This document shows, one piece after another, positions 47,311-61,500 of a DNA stretch of 64,000 bases (position 1 is its first letter; each line of letters begins with the position of its first letter). Origin of the DNA: Amphiscolops sp. MND2022 (taxonomy: Eukaryota); the NCBI GenBank assembly GCA_964187785.1, contig OZ076409.1, forward strand, positions 95,048,001 to 95,112,000, written 5' to 3'. Made by a program: the position numbers and the translations under genes. The notes below the pieces were generated by a model, which worked only from the letters and a program-made list of their open reading frames with translations, made no database searches and was not told the origin of the DNA.

Positions 47311-47689
47311 CTACCGAACTATTGGCAGTTTTTGACGAAGACAGGCCGATGGGGAGGAGGGGAGACAGCAAAGGTCCCCGGGAGGAGGAAAGCCGAGTCA
47401 TACGAGCACACTTTTGGTTTATAAATTTATATATTGATATCATTTTCGACCGTGTATAATTCAACAATTTGGTTGCAATTTTCAATTCTAGGGATGCGCC
47501 GGACCAGACATTTTCCGCAACTGTAAGCGATGAAAGACTGTTTTCATAATTGGGCAATGAGTATGACGAAAAGCAGAGTAAAAGTTTGCTCCAAAAATGA
47601 TAATTATAATAATTCATCTGTTGAATAATAAAAAACAATTTCAATAAGAAAAATACATGACAGAAATTCACCAGAAAAGACTTCCAAAT

Positions 47690-47915
47690 GCAAATGCCAG
47701 CTTGATGGAAGCCTTATTCCACTCAATATAGATTAGTTGTGTCTAATATTGGTTTTTAAAAACTTTTTAAACTTTTTTCTTGAATGGTCCCCTAGTTTCT
47801 TGCATTGCAGACTATCCAGAAAAAAAAGCGGAGTTCTTACAAAATGAAAAAAGCTTAGGGACCGAATCTAGAAGCGACAGTAACTGTTCCTGTGGGACAC
47901 TCCTAGTCTAGTGGT
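47690..47915 (+). repeat. Dispersed repeat, second copy at about 52420-52630
   Basis: Shared cagaaaagacttccaaa, ttgcagacta and aatctagaagcgac.gtaactgttcct blocks. Confidence 0.65.
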
Positions 47916-47983
47916 ACTTGATGTCCGGTCCATCTCTGGATGTCCGGTTCGATTCTAAACAATCCGGAGAGACAAGTACTCAC

Positions 47984-48168
47984 TTGATTGACGGGAAGTG
48001 GCGCATGATGACGTCAAGGGCCTGGATGGACTCTATGGGCGGGTGCTGGTTTTTCCGCTCCAGCACCTGGTCCAGCAGTCCCAGACTCACTCTGGCCACG
48101 TACTGCAGGGACACCTTGAAGATCCGCTCCCTCGCCTCGTCCGAGGGCAGCGTCACGTCCAGGTCGAT
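47984..48168 (-). CDS. AGO: Argonaute exon, N domain / L1
   Basis: IDLDVTLP...RIFKVSLQYVARVSL...IQALDVIMRHFPS. Acceptor ttgcag| (phase 0), donor AA|gtgagt (phase 2). Confidence 0.95.
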
Positions 48169-49655
48169 CTGCAACAACAGCACTTCAACTCATCCCTTCA
48201 CCTCTGAACGGTGTAGTGTATTTCTATTTCACCCCCCCCTCTCTCTCAACTATTTTAGCATTATACATTCAAAATTTAAAAGTTAAAACGTATACAACTG
48301 TAATTAGGCGAAGCGAAACCTATTGCCATACGATTTTCAGAGGCAAATTTCACTTTTTTCTGGCAAAAAGTGTGACATTTACCAATTTTTTTAAACTTTG
48401 AAACCTTAATTCTCGTCCTCTATGAGGGTTACGCGTTTCGTTTTTCTTTCACAATTCGACACGACTCTGGACTACCTTCCAGTAAACAAAACGTTTAGTC
48501 GACGGGGGTTCCAACATGGGCTTCTCCGTGGAAAAACATTCATCCCTAGGGCGATTTTTGACGAAAAATGATCACTTACCGGATGCGACATTTTAGCATA
48601 TTTGATTTTCTAAGGCCTATATCTTCGAGAGTATTTGTGATGAAGTAAAAAAATTTTCATCTGAAAAATGCTTGAGGTAATTGCCCATGTTCTGGTGCTC
48701 ACATGTTGAACCAAAGGATCATGGTCCTTTTTTGACAGAAAATTTAGTCGGTTGAGTTTAAAATCCCATTTCCACCCAGTTGGCTACTGATTTCTTCGCA
48801 ACTATTCAAGCTACTCAGGCTGGCATGATGGGTTATACTTATTCATGATGCAATCCCGCGGCCTTAGTTAAAAAATGTTTATCAATCAAATGAGACTTTT
48901 GATCAAATCTAGTTTTCTATATCTATGAGACTACAGTGAATGACGCATTATTAAACGTCATTCAAAATTTCCACCGCTCGGTAGCAGCTTGTTTGTGATT
49001 GGATAATTAAATAAAATAGACAATCAACTTTTCACAAAAAGCCATTCAAGATTAGCATACGATTTTATCATGCTACCGGATAGAAAGAACAAAAATACTG
49101 CTTCGCATAGTGGCGCAAACATTCAATCTTAATTACACGTTGTATGCGAGCAATGGCCTCATGGGGGATTACAAAAATTGAAAGTCGATTTCGGAATTTT
49201 GATTGTCTATTTAGAAAATTCAATCTTTCACATGATTGGTTTTTGAATTTTGAATGTAGTTTATTAAATTTTCAGCGTCATACACTGTATTTGCGATGCA
49301 GGTGATTTATATCTTGAATTTATTTGGTGTCCAACGAGTATTTTTCGCCAGCCTTGCGCTAAGCACCTTCGCGCCTATATTTTAAGCTTTTCTGTAAACT
49401 TCATATCTTTTATAGCAAGATTTCAGCGTTTTCAAATAATTTGCCAATTGTTAGTTCTTTTTCCACTCTTTTCTCAAAAAAGCTTCAAACTTCTCGGTAA
49501 AAAAAATTAAATAGCTAATTTTGTCGCTATACTCTGTAAACATTCATGCCCTCGAAAACATTCAAAAACTGTAAAAAATTGGCATCAAGTGGTCAAAAAT
49601 AGGAAACTCATTTTTGGGGCGAGAAAACCCAAAGCAGGACCTCTTAAGTCTTTAA

Positions 49656-50210
49656 CCCCAATTGACCTGGGCGTTTTTTAAAATTTCCAACAAATTTGAC
49701 AAAAAAATTTCAATCATCAATATCTCCACAACTACGCGTACCAGAGGAACGAACTATAGGTCTGATATTTGAAAGGTCTGATATTGGGCTTTCATTTTGG
49801 TCAGGTGAGCCCTTGTCGCCGCACGCCCCCTTCTCCAGAACTTTAGTTCTTTTTTCCGGTACCGCCGCTTCGGCTTGTAGTAACAACAGAATATCATAGG
49901 GGTTTGTTGCATCAGCACTTGTTTTGGAAGGGTATGTGGTTGGTTTTTTCTATTGATCAAAGACTTTTGAGAAAATTGGATTTCGTCAAAAACTAAATTT
50001 TGAGAAAATATAACTATTTTTGTGCAAAAAAACATTTTTCTCAACTTTGGAGACATATTCCCTTTTTCTAATGCTTGTGCCATTCAAATCAATCTAGGTA
50101 CCAATTACTTGTTGAAAAAAATTGTCCTAGAGAAAATGGGCTACTGGCAAAAGGAATCAGAATTTGGAAAAAAGGTAGGCTGCTTTGAAGCACCACTAGG
50201 TTCATTGGGG
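49656..50210. mobile_element. piggyBac-like MITE
   Basis: TTAA on both sides (49652-49655, 50211-50214) and imperfect TIR ccccaattgacct / aggttcattgggg. Confidence 0.7.
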
Positions 50211-51323
50211 TTAAAACGCTCTCTCCGCAATGAAAACATAAAAATTGTCGGAAGAAGTCGCACAGTGCCGAAAAAGAACAAAAGCAAACACAGTGAAGGA
50301 ATATAATCTGCGCTTCTGTTACGGCTGACATTTACTACGCGACAGCAGATGATAAAGTAGAGAAATTCGTGTATTTTATAAAATGTCTCTTCGTCGTCTT
50401 GAAAAAGTCAATTACAGTCAAAATATATCAAATTAGGCTTGATCAACTCAAATAATATTCCACGTTGCAGAGATATAAACAAGGCGCAAAAAAGGGAAAA
50501 GGTTAAATCCGATTATGTGACGTTATTTCTGGATTACTCAACTCTACATACGTTATATCCGGAAACGATATTTCTAAATTCCAATGTGAAAACTATTTCG
50601 CTCAAAATCATTTGAAAATCAATTATTACTATGTGGCATATTTAAAAGATCATTCAAACTATCATAAGAATTGTTTTTAACACGCGCATTCATACGCTAT
50701 TGTATCGAACAGGGATTTTTTTCAATTGAACGCAATTCAAATATAAAATTGAGCGCATATTGTTCATCGAAAATCAATCAAGCGAGATCAAAAATGAGTC
50801 TAAAATTCACTCATATAAATTCAGCAGGTCTTTAAAAATTCTCTATTAAATAGATTGATACCTCAAAAAAAGTTGAATAGGATTTCTCTGAAACAATTTT
50901 CTAAATGGAAGTCTGCGGCAATATTGTGCGCTTCCCCTACACATCACAAACCACAAAATTTGATTACAAAAAAACTTAAACAGACACATAGTTCATTTTT
51001 ACACATTTTCATTTGAAATAGCATGAACTAGGGGTTGTTTTCAAGACTAGGATTGGATTTGTTTGGAAAATACATGTTAGGAACACCTATACAAATCTAT
51101 ACGCTTATATTTTCTGAAAGGTACACTATTCACATCAAACGAAAAGGTCTGATGGTATTATGATAGAACTTAAACATATGGGCAGTGGCTTTGTTTCTAG
51201 TGTTTTCCAACATTCTTTCCACCAGGTATTAAACCGATAGAGTTTCTTGGTCGTACTCAATTAAACATTGGTGACGTAATTTCCTTGAGAAAATTTGCAA
51301 AGATCAACCAACACACGTGTGAG

Positions 51324-51850
51324 CAGGGGTTTGTAAACGATTATTTGTACTGCAATATATTGCAGTATTTAATTGCAATAATTTATTGGAAAGGTTCTCG
51401 CAATACAATTATTTATGGGAAATGTTTTCCAATACAAAAATTTACTGGAATTTTCTAGCAATTACTGCAAACGAGTGACTCAGTTGATGCTTTTCGACTC
51501 ACTTATTTGCGATTACCCACCCTAGTATGCAAAATTTGGCCCCGGATGCCGAAATTGTCAACAACCGAATTGACACCCCTTCACTTGGAAGAACTTTGTT
51601 TCCTGAAGTTAAACCACAGCCTTTGGGACGCAAAAACTGTTAACAAACTCATTACTAATGTTGACAAGTCGTAATCTGTTGCGTTGTGAATTTAAGATCA
51701 AACCTCATACTTTTATTTTTAAAATAACTGCAATTATTGGATATTTATGGCAAAATACTTGCAATAAAATAATTTATTAGAAAAGTTTTCCAATACAATA
51801 ATTTATTGCAAACCTGCAATAATATTGCAATACGAATTTCAAAACCCCTG
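51324..51850. mobile_element. hAT-type MITE
   Basis: TIR caggggttt / aaacccctg. 8 bp TSD cgtgtgag (51316-51323, 51851-51858). Repeated tgcaata/tattgca subterminal motifs. Confidence 0.88.
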
Positions 51851-51865
51851 CGTGTGAGTACTTAC

Positions 51866-52170
51866 GGTTCCTTCGAAACTGTTGATGAGCGGGTTCTTGG
51901 AGTAGAGGTTTTTGCGTCCGTCGTACACGGGCTTGTGGCCGCTGGGGAAGATCTTGGGGTTGGCTCTGAACATGGTGTCGATGACCTCTCGGTTGACCCT
52001 GCGAGGACACTTCTCGGGCGTGATGGTGACCTCGTAGTGGAATATGTCGATGTTGGGCAGCTTGATCTTGAAGTGGTTGGCACGCAGGTAGATGGGTCTG
52101 CCCTCCCGCCCGTGGTCCGGTCTCGCCAGACACGAGAACACTCCGTCCCCGGGACTCGAGGCAATGTTAG
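51866..52170 (-). CDS. AGO: Argonaute exon, N domain
   Basis: ARPDHGREGRPIYLRANHFKIKLPNIDIFHYEVTITPEKCPRRVNREV...PVYDGRKNLYS matches AGO-clade N domain. Acceptor tttcag|, donor |gtaagt (phase 0). Confidence 0.95.
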
Positions 52171-52197
52171 CTGAAACACAAAACCAAATAATAATAC

Positions 52198-52321
52198 CAA
52201 GACGTCCGCTAAGCGCCGGCATATTTCCGCAAAAATGTAACGCATCAGCACCGGTTCGAACCCACGACCTCGTGTCTGCCAGGCAGACGCACTACGCCAT
52301 GGTGACAAGAATATCCAAATA
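52198..52321 (-). repeat. tRNA-derived SINE-like repeat
   Basis: Reverse-complement copy of 4632-4757. Confidence 0.6.
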
Positions 52322-55079
52322 TCCACAGAAAAAAATGTGGGCGGAAAATAATAACCTTATCTGTTGAAAAATATAAAAAGAACAATTTAAATGAAAATTT
52401 ACATAGCACAAATTCAACAGAAAAGACTTCCAAAGGCAGAAATCCTTGACGGCAGCCTTATTCCACGCAATAGAAAATGAACTGTGTCTAATGTTTTTTT
52501 ACTTTTTTTAACTCAGTTTCTTGAATTGCAGACTAGCCAAAGAAAAAAGCGTAATTCTTAGAAAATAAAACACTCAGGGATCGAATCTAGAAGCGACCGT
52601 AACTGTTCCTATGAAACACCCCCAGTCTACTGACGACGTAGTTAAAAAATCTCACGCATGGATATAGCTTCTTGTTAAGAAAGAAAAATTCAATATATTC
52701 GAAGTTTTTGACAATGAGAAAAGCAATACCCAAGTCTAGTTGAAACAACTTGATGAAAGATCCCGTGGAATGACCTTATGTGGGAGGAGTCACCATTGAC
52801 AGGGGAGACGAAAAAATGACTGAAACCATCTCGAAAAAGGTGAAAAAAAACATAGGCGCAAAGGAATTTGCGCACGGCTTCGAGCGACATGTCCCGCAGC
52901 CATAATTGACTATCATCATGTGCATTTGAACCATATTACCAAGTTATTAGCTATGACGAATAGCTAAGGTTATATACGGCACGAGAATGCTCAAAATACA
53001 ATGAAATTGAAAAGAATTGCGGGTATTAATCCTATGAAGCTTAACTTTTTCGGCCTTTACCACTATATAAAAGGAAGGGCTGCCCTAGTTATCAATAGGA
53101 CGGTTGATATGTGCCATCACTAGCAAGTATACTTTCAGTTCTAAAAATTAGCTGAATTGTGCATCAAACAACCTTCCAGCATCAGTGGGCACCGTTGGAA
53201 ACGTATTCCAGAGGATGAATAACCTGTTAAAATTTGCGAATGGGGCAAAATCACGAAAAGATCCGAAATCATTTTTGTTTTCAATACAACGTAGTTGAAT
53301 ATCATTGCACAGCGAGGTGTGAATATAACTTAGTGTTGTCTTGATTTAATCGTTGCATATGACATCAAATCTCTCAGGAATATTGCGGTAATGCATAATA
53401 CCTTCTGTGCAGATATTCACTGGATAGAATACGTTAAGAACGGAAATTTCGCGGTTTTACGCTTCAAACAACCACATCATCAATAACTAACGGTGAGTAT
53501 GTACTCCAGTGGTCCAATATGATCTCACTCTCGAAAACCCATACATCGAGAGGTCTGGAAAAAACTTTGGTTTCCGACATCAAAAATGGACAAAAAACTA
53601 TTCACCGAAAATTTTACAGGCATGAGACAAAGCAAATCAATGAGCAATTATGGAGTATATGATTCAATGTACATTGCCGATAGGTCTTCGAGCATTTTTA
53701 CATTTTCTACAAGCAGTATAAATAAATAAAAACCTTCCAAGGATGAAGTCAGCATTTTTAACAACAGCCGTGCAAATAAGACAGTAGGAGGGTTACTAGG
53801 GGTAATCAGACCGCAATCTATGCATTTTTACAAGACCGATCCGGTAACTTCGTCTATTTCACTCCTTCCTAAGATTAGTTTGGAAAATGTATATTTAAAA
53901 ATTGAAGGATCAAATATTCATTTATTTCAAGATTCGTAGTAAAGCACAATTTGTATAATATACAATGAACTGCCCGAAAATCCAACAACATTTAAATCTT
54001 CACCAACAAATTCAGTTCCAACAATTTGTTGAGCTTTTGGATGGTCTCGAAGTATTAGGCTCCGAGAAAACAGGCCAAAACTTTTACAAAATTGAATAAA
54101 GAGAGCAATTTATCAAAAATTCAAAAAATTTGAAAACTTTTTTGTCTCTATCTGTCCGACGTAAACGTTGTGACTTTCCAATTTCTAACTTTGGGCAGCT
54201 AAGCAGACCTGTTATCGAGTAGAAACACCACTGCTTGGATTAGAACTGCTACTTGAAAATAGGTTGAGAAATTTTTTACGCAAAAAAACCGAAAAGTTTT
54301 CCTATTTTTAATGGTCATTTTCGCAAAGCCCAATAATTCTAGGATAAAAACACTTTCACCAAATTAAAGAAAACATCGTTTTACGTCGGTTAGTACCTAC
54401 ATCGGGCCAATTCGCTGTGGTTTGCGAAAAGAAAAATAGCAAAATCGACAAAAACCCTAAAAAATTTCGAAAATTTCGCGCTTTCGAAGCTAATAAAATC
54501 GCGCCGGTGGAAAATTTTCGGAAAGTTTTTACACGGTTAGAAAGAGCATCAAGTTGCGTTTCTCTTTGGAAAGTTTGGATGGTCGCGGAAAAATAGGCTC
54601 TGAGAAAATAGCCTTCAATTAATACAAATGCAGAGGGTATGTCACGCGAAAAAAAAACCAAAACGCTAGTAAACGCGGAACAATAGAGACTTCGTCGCTT
54701 CGCTTCGCTCGCTCGAAGCCTCAAAAACGAAACTCGATAACCTCTAACAGCTTACGCACACCTGATGCCCGACTTTACTGGCCCAAGAGCCCACAATGAT
54801 CTCCAAATTTATCATTACCATTACAGAAATCGCTACACAATTAAACAGGCCTGGACCGGCCCCAAGTTTGTTAAATTTGCAAAGGCGACTATTTTTAAAT
54901 TTAATCAATTTCTGTTTCTCAATTGGAGCTTCAAATGATTGTCTGAAGATTTTGCCAACTTCTGTGGAACACTATTTTGCATTTGGGAACTTTTTATAGA
55001 AAACATTTATTGCTATTTCAAAGACTCCATAAATACAATATGGGGTTTGACTTTACAGATGTACTCAAAAACGTTTCAT

Positions 55080-55680
55080 GTTTTAATTTCAGAATATTAA
55101 ACAAGCCGGGAACGGTCCAAGTGGGCGTCTTATCTAAGGCTCAAAAAGATTCAAGGAAAAAATCAGCCTATTGTGAAATTTTTCATTTATCACACAGTGC
55201 CGAAAAATCCCGAAAGGGTTTTCTCCGAAACTCGAAAAGTTTTTTTCTGCACTGGAAACATCAGAAAAAATAAATTTGCCTTCAAGAAAAATTGAAATTT
55301 TTCAAAAAAGTATTTGGTAAAAAAAAGTCGCATAATGCCGAAAAACCCAAAAAGAGACCCTTCAGGCTCATTAAACGTTTTTTACAAACCGACAACTTCA
55401 AAAAAAATGCAAGGGGTACCCTTTGATAGAATTCGAAAATTTTCGAAAAAAAGTCGCATAGTGCTGAAAAAACCCAAAGATGGAACCCTTTGGTCTACCC
55501 TCTACTTTGGGAAACATTAAAAATTTTGCGTGCGAGACTCGAACCCACGCCCTCCTGCTTCTGAAAGTCAGAAAACTAGTTGGCGCGAAGGAGCTGAACA
55601 AATGAACAAGAAAACAAGAAAAGTGGACCGATCGCGTTGAACTGACGAAAAAAAACTAGGCACTGTAAGAGTCGTGCATT
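55080..55680 (-). mobile_element. HINE-like family A copy
   Basis: acaagccgggaacggtccaagt...atctaaggctcaaaa end and internal tgccgaaaaa/accctt modules shared with 6102-6567. Confidence 0.55.
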
Positions 55681-56299
55681 TTCATTTTGTAACACGCAAA
55701 GGCCATTGAAAAACTAACTGACCCTGTAAAAATTAAATATGAACGTTAATGGTGGATATATTTGTGGAATATGACAAACTGAATAGTCCAAAAAGGTCAC
55801 TTATCGAACTTGCAAAAATTTAGCTTCTAAGAAAGCGAATATGAACCGACTTCTTGGTCATACTTGAGAATTTCAATTATTTAGTTTTCACTTTCAACGC
55901 AACTGAAGACCACAAATCTTAATATTTCAATCTTTTCTCATTTGAGATCATAATTACTTCAAGTAACACATTCAATAGCATTGTAGCCATAAACAGAAAT
56001 AATAATCGGTGCTAGACCCCCGTCATTTAGGCTTAAAAGTTCAATATGAATACACTTAAAAAGTTTCGAAAAAAGAGCAGAAAGCTATTCATTTAGAAGA
56101 GAAACCCCTTTCATCTCTAGTTGAGCAAGAATTGAAAGTGAACAGCAATAAAATTGGAAGATGACTTAGCTAACAGACTTTATTTATCTCAAGCTCGTTT
56201 CAAATACTCAATGAACAGTTTGCAAAATTCACTATCAAGCATTGAAATGGTAACAAAAATCTTGATATTGACTTGATATTTGAGGCATACATAAAACGC

Positions 56300-57150
56300 T
56301 TTCGTCTAGTAGTCACTTTCATTGATGAAAAACTATATCAAACTTCGGTTCAAATGTCAAACAATAGAGCTCAAGAAACGCAGTTACTCGCTAAAAGTTG
56401 ACGACGTCAAGATTATTCGTCCATGGTGAATTTAGTAACATCTTCACTATACTCAACAAATTCCAAGGCAGAAAAAACGGTCATCGGCATATCCCAAGTT
56501 TTCTTTTTGGAGTTTATGTAGAAATCGTAAAACAATTTATTGATTTCCATTCTCGACAAAAACATTTTGATGAAGCTCACAGTGTACTCTTGGCAGACGA
56601 CAATCAGATGATGAAAACAAACCATAATCATTTCAGTTGTTTTTCGGCATCAAATTTTCCATAATTTGGTCGGACCGTTTCACTTGTCTCAGCAGTTTTA
56701 AACAAAAATAACATTTGAACTAGGTCAAATTCTATGTCAATCTTTCATTCCAACATTTCAAGAATCAAAGCTGATCGTTTCGAAATGAAATTCATTCTTT
56801 TAAAGTTTCCTATAAAGTTCACAAGATATCTCCATGAAAAGTACAATACTCAAAGCCATGGTAACACCAGAGTTCACCAATCCCGCAACGTTAAACATTC
56901 ACAAGATCAAGTTAATACCAAAGATGGTGGTCGGCATTTGAACAAAATTATGAAGTCTTCTCGTTGGACAAATCCGAAGGGGTGCCCTCCCTGTGATAAG
57001 GAGTTTTCAGAAATTGACTGCCTCGTTAATTTGACCTCGTCAATTTTAACCACTAATAGCCAATTTCACCACTTTCAGGCAATTTTTCATTTGGGAGAGA
57101 GCAAAAAGAGCGCGCTGTCCGCGGGGAAAGCAAGTTTCTCGCTCAGGAAA
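56300..57150 (+). mobile_element. Highly degenerate LINE RT remnant
   Basis: VHGEFSNIF...QG...PSFLFGVYVE...VLLADD resembles the RT QG..SP.LF..Y and YADD region. Confidence 0.4.
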
Positions 57151-57268
57151 AGTTGAAAGTCTAATTGTTGAATGCAGCAATCTCAATGACACTTCGGTAG
57201 ATTTTACAGGATTTTCTGGTTTGATAAAATTTTCGAGCCGTGATCAGTTGGCATCGTTTTTAATTAGC

Positions 57269-57733
57269 AAAATAGGATCCTGTGGGGCACAGTATTATTT
57301 CTGCTTTTAGGCTTTCATGTTCAATAAAACAAGCATATCTGGAAAAACTATACATTCCTGTTTAATCATTACATAGCGCACCATTAATCACTGTACCAAT
57401 TTACACGGCCATTAATTCTTCTCTGATTAACGAAAATATATAACTATTCAGCGTATAAGAAGTTTCGCATTCGCATCTGAATGCAGACGAAGCTCTCGGC
57501 GAACGAATAATTACCACTCACTCGCTTCATCTAAATGAATTCGGCGTACAAATGCATCATTAACACACGCTCGTTTCATCGCACGAGAAACGAAACTTAA
57601 ATCTCACGCTTATACTCACTGCCGAACAAAATATCTGAATTTTTCAGTAGATACTCGGTATCACAAAAATTGTACTAAAAAGTTGAATTCTGGAGATTTC
57701 AATAATATTCCTCATATCGCAGAAATAATATAA
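57269..57733 (-). mobile_element. HINE family B, diverged copy
   Basis: Aligns along its length to 39991-40468, including the subTIR tatttctgc / gcagaaata. Confidence 0.8.
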
Positions 57734-57811
57734 AATGTCTTTATTGACCAGCTGTTTCGCCATCCTTATTCACGTTTCAAAATCTCCTCACCTCAGAGAC
57801 AATGACGTCAA

Positions 57812-58163
57812 CACTAGGTGAACCAAAAAAAACGGAACGCATGAAAATAGTACTCTACAAAATCGTAACACTTGTAAACAAAAAACACTGATAATCTTTC
57901 ACTTTCTCTATCAATCATCCTCTCATTGCGTAATCAAATCGTCAACAAAGATTGGAACCTTCAGAAAAAGTCTAGATGCCTTAACCAGTCATTTCGTTCA
58001 CACTTTTGATGTGTGAAAGTTCTTTTGCCTCGAAGCAAAAATGTCAAATTGAATGACTAACAAGCTGAATTGCAATGTTCAGAGTTGTTTCGAAACATTT
58101 GTTGACAAATATTTGAAACTTGAGAGCTCAAACATTTCCACGCGGTCCGTTTTTCGCCTAGTA
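57812..58163. mobile_element. Internally deleted copy of the foldback element at 705-1737
   Basis: actaggtgaaccaaaaa...ttttcgcctagt ends and internal similarity. Confidence 0.65.
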
Positions 58164-58214
58164 ATGCCTTCAAAATGCTACAATGAGCTTCATGTATCTG
58201 AGTGGTACATGTAC

Positions 58215-58545
58215 CTGTGAAAAGAGATAATGCACGACTAGCTGCAGAAGCGTGGTGGTTGCTATTAGCAACACCGGCACTGTTGTTACTATTGTGTGTA
58301 TTAGTAGTGATAATATTATTGATGCCGCCTCCTCCTCCTCCGCCATTGATTCCCGCCCCTGCGCCTGGGAAAGGGTGTGGAGGGTGATTGGTGGATCCAG
58401 GGGTAGCCGGGGAGCAAGTGTTGTCAGTGGAGGGGGAGTTAGAATGGGGCGCCGATCCGGAACCCCCGTCCGCAGCCGAAGTAAGTCTGCTTCTACTGGC
58501 AGTGTCAAAAATACTGCTACCGTTGAAGTAACTGTACTCCGCCAT
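58215..58545 (-). CDS. AGO: Argonaute, probable first coding exon (low-complexity Ser/Gly/Asn/Pro-rich N-terminus)
   Basis: ATG at 58545 opens MAEYSYFNGSS...SLFT. The donor CAG|GTACAT after 58215 is phase 1 and joins the next exon in frame (G+CT=Ala). There is no conserved domain, so the call rests on phase and position. Confidence 0.55.
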
Positions 58546-61500
58546 TGATATATAACTACTAGCACTCTACTTGGCCCAAACTAATAGTCAAATAAATTCA
58601 TGTAACTAATAGCACATCATCCAACTAAAGGGCATCACTAAATGACAAACATGGTGTTTCAGTGGCCAAGAAAGTGAAACAAAAGAGCCCGACTTCAGAG
58701 TACAAATCTCTAGGCGAAAGTCCAGTATTGTCGCAATAAGGTACTGAGACAAATCGACATCTCCGCTCGCATGGGAATTTCAAGTTTCATGAATAATTTA
58801 AGTTGGCAGACAAAATTGGCAAGTAAGCGAAGAAAACTGCAGCGAAACCTGGGTTTTGACACCGCTATTTTTTGCTTACCACTGAACCGCTTATTTCAAA
58901 ATCGCTATTTCGCTGGAAAACTTTTTCTTCAAACTATTGAACAATTGACTTCAAGTATATTTTAAAACTAGAGAACTTAATTCAGTTTTTGCAATAAAAA
59001 TACTAAAAAATTTTCATACTGTGTGGGTTTTACAAGGATAAGAAATGGAAGTTTTCGCAACTCATTTTGAACCTCTGTGTATACTGTGTATACATCTTAT
59101 GCGCGGCCGATAATTCGCGGTGTCAAAACTGAGAGCGAAACATTACCAAATTATGGAGGAGGTTTGATTCACATGGCACCATTAACGATGCGATGTTGGT
59201 AGGCCTGTCATTTGGTCAATTCAGCAATAACAGTAGTGACCGTTGTCGTTGATTCCAAGTTGTTGGCTTGTATAGTAGCTGTTAATTTTACGATTAGTAA
59301 TCGCCGCCATTATGAACATATCAATGAGTCCATGCAAATTTGCTATGAGTTCTTGTCTTGCATTCATGTACTCTATAGTAATCGCAAGAGTCTTTCGAGA
59401 AGCAAACAGCATTCGAGAGTTTCATACAGCAAGGAGAGAGAGAGAGAGCTCAAACTGAGAACAATAATAATACATTACGAATCTAGTTGCTGGCTGCTTT
59501 TGAACGTCATCGTCTAAATTTCTATCTTTTTGCAGCTTCAATTTGCATAAGTAATGAACCATTAGGCATTAAGACACGGCGGTTCTTCAGAAATCCGTCA
59601 CTCAATGCTGGTTTAGCTGCTTTCAGCAACAGCGGCGGAATGGAAAACGATGGAAAAACTGAAAGGCTGTTTCGAGAGTACTGGAGACTTAAATGATTGA
59701 CGACGGAATGAAAAGCTTTTAAAAATCACTGGGTATTTGAATATTGCTCATTAAATGCAAAGCTAGCAACACCTTTTCGACGGCTGTACAGCGTGCATTA
59801 AAAACAAGGCAATGGCTTCGTAGTAAATGGCTTGCCCAGATTTTCACCTTGGTACTTCCTTGGACTGAAGCAAGAATAATCAATGTGGCGGAAAAGTACT
59901 ACCAAGTAGCGTGAATGGTAGAAGTTTATTGGTAGAAAGAGAGGGAAGATTGAAAATCATAGATAGATAGTAGACTGACTTGTTAGTATATGTAGCTGGT
60001 TGCAATGAACAGGGGATATATGCGAAACATACATGCAATACAGGCAACAGCGCCCGTTGGAACGAATAGTCGTCGAATATCTGCAAGGGACAATAGACAG
60101 AAGTGAAAGTAACAACTATAAACGTTACGGCGACCGGCTTTCGTGCCGTTGGTTGAACGGCAGAGGCGTCGTTGGCATTAGCTGCTTTATCACGAGACCA
60201 TTTCAGCTAGTACACACTAGAGTATACGACAGCCCCCACGAGAAAAACAGGCGGCCTCCTTTCTTGTCTTCTTACTCTTATTCCTAGTCTGCCTGCCACA
60301 GTTTTTACCACCAACAAGAGACAGATAATCCTGGCAAGGCTAGCTCAATTACTATAACTTATTCCAACAACATTCCATCAACAGTTTGTTGTTGAAGTTC
60401 AGAGGTAAGGTGCTAGCGGTTACCACTTTTTGCAACTGGGTCTAGTGGCTTCTAACTTGGTAAGTGAAACTAGAGTCAGCCAATTAGTCCCCTGGCATTC
60501 ACTTATTCCACAGAAAAGCCCGTCTGTTAGCGTTAAGGGGCCTGGGAACGAAAATAAGAGCAGAAGCATGTATTACTACCACAGCAACTTCTGGAGGTGA
60601 ACTCTTACGTGAAATGACGACACGCAACTAGTCGCAATGAACTACCAGTTAAAACTGGTTGCGAAATAGACCCAGAGACTTGGAGCCTTGGATTCAGAAG
60701 CACAAGAAGGAATGTTTTGACGGAATGTGTGGAAAAGTGGAAGCTAAGAACGTACTTGGAACCAACGGCTCAACTCCATGGCAAAATCATTACACCAGGT
60801 AAATTTAATCGACCACATGTATGATGGATGTCTCGTCAAGGGGTGATTATAGACGATCCCCGCGATCTTTTCCCAGGGAATAAAATAATACACACAACAG
60901 AGGAAAGACAACAAAAAGATTTGCGAAGATGCGTTGGCAAGTAAACCAAATAGTACGTCACCAATTAGAACCGAGACACTGTGGAGATTGATATGACAGG
61001 GCAAGTGGATGGAAAAGCGAAAGCTCTGAGAGCCGGCTGAAAAGGAAGACAGTCCTGATTAACGAATCCAACGCTTCCCAGTAAAGAAAAAAATCTTTTT
61101 TCCCAGTAAAGAAAAAGGGCAACACGACCCCCTTTTCAAGAGAGATGATCTGGAAAAATGCCAGATAATACGACGATGAAAGAGAATCGGCTCTTGATTA
61201 GCCTGGACTTGCAGTAAACAGTTGATTCGAAAGTCTGGCGACTGAATTTAGACAGGAAGTTATTTGGAAAACAGAATCCAGTCGTTTACAGTGCAATTGA
61301 GGACAATATACGGAATGACGGGTCAGTACTTTCGAAAGCAGGCGCAAGCGAACAAAACTGACAAATCTGACAGCCAAAGTAAGATGGTTGAATGAATTTA
61401 CCGAAAAAACAATAACTTTGAACTGGGACGAGCCACCGCAAGAAAGAAGGAGCACCACCGACTAGAAATGAGAAACGAAAAGATATGTATGTATACCAAT

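Noticed and set aside
60400..61500. Possible ancient LINE endonuclease remnant
   Set aside because: Faint resemblance only; no continuous frame or firm motif.
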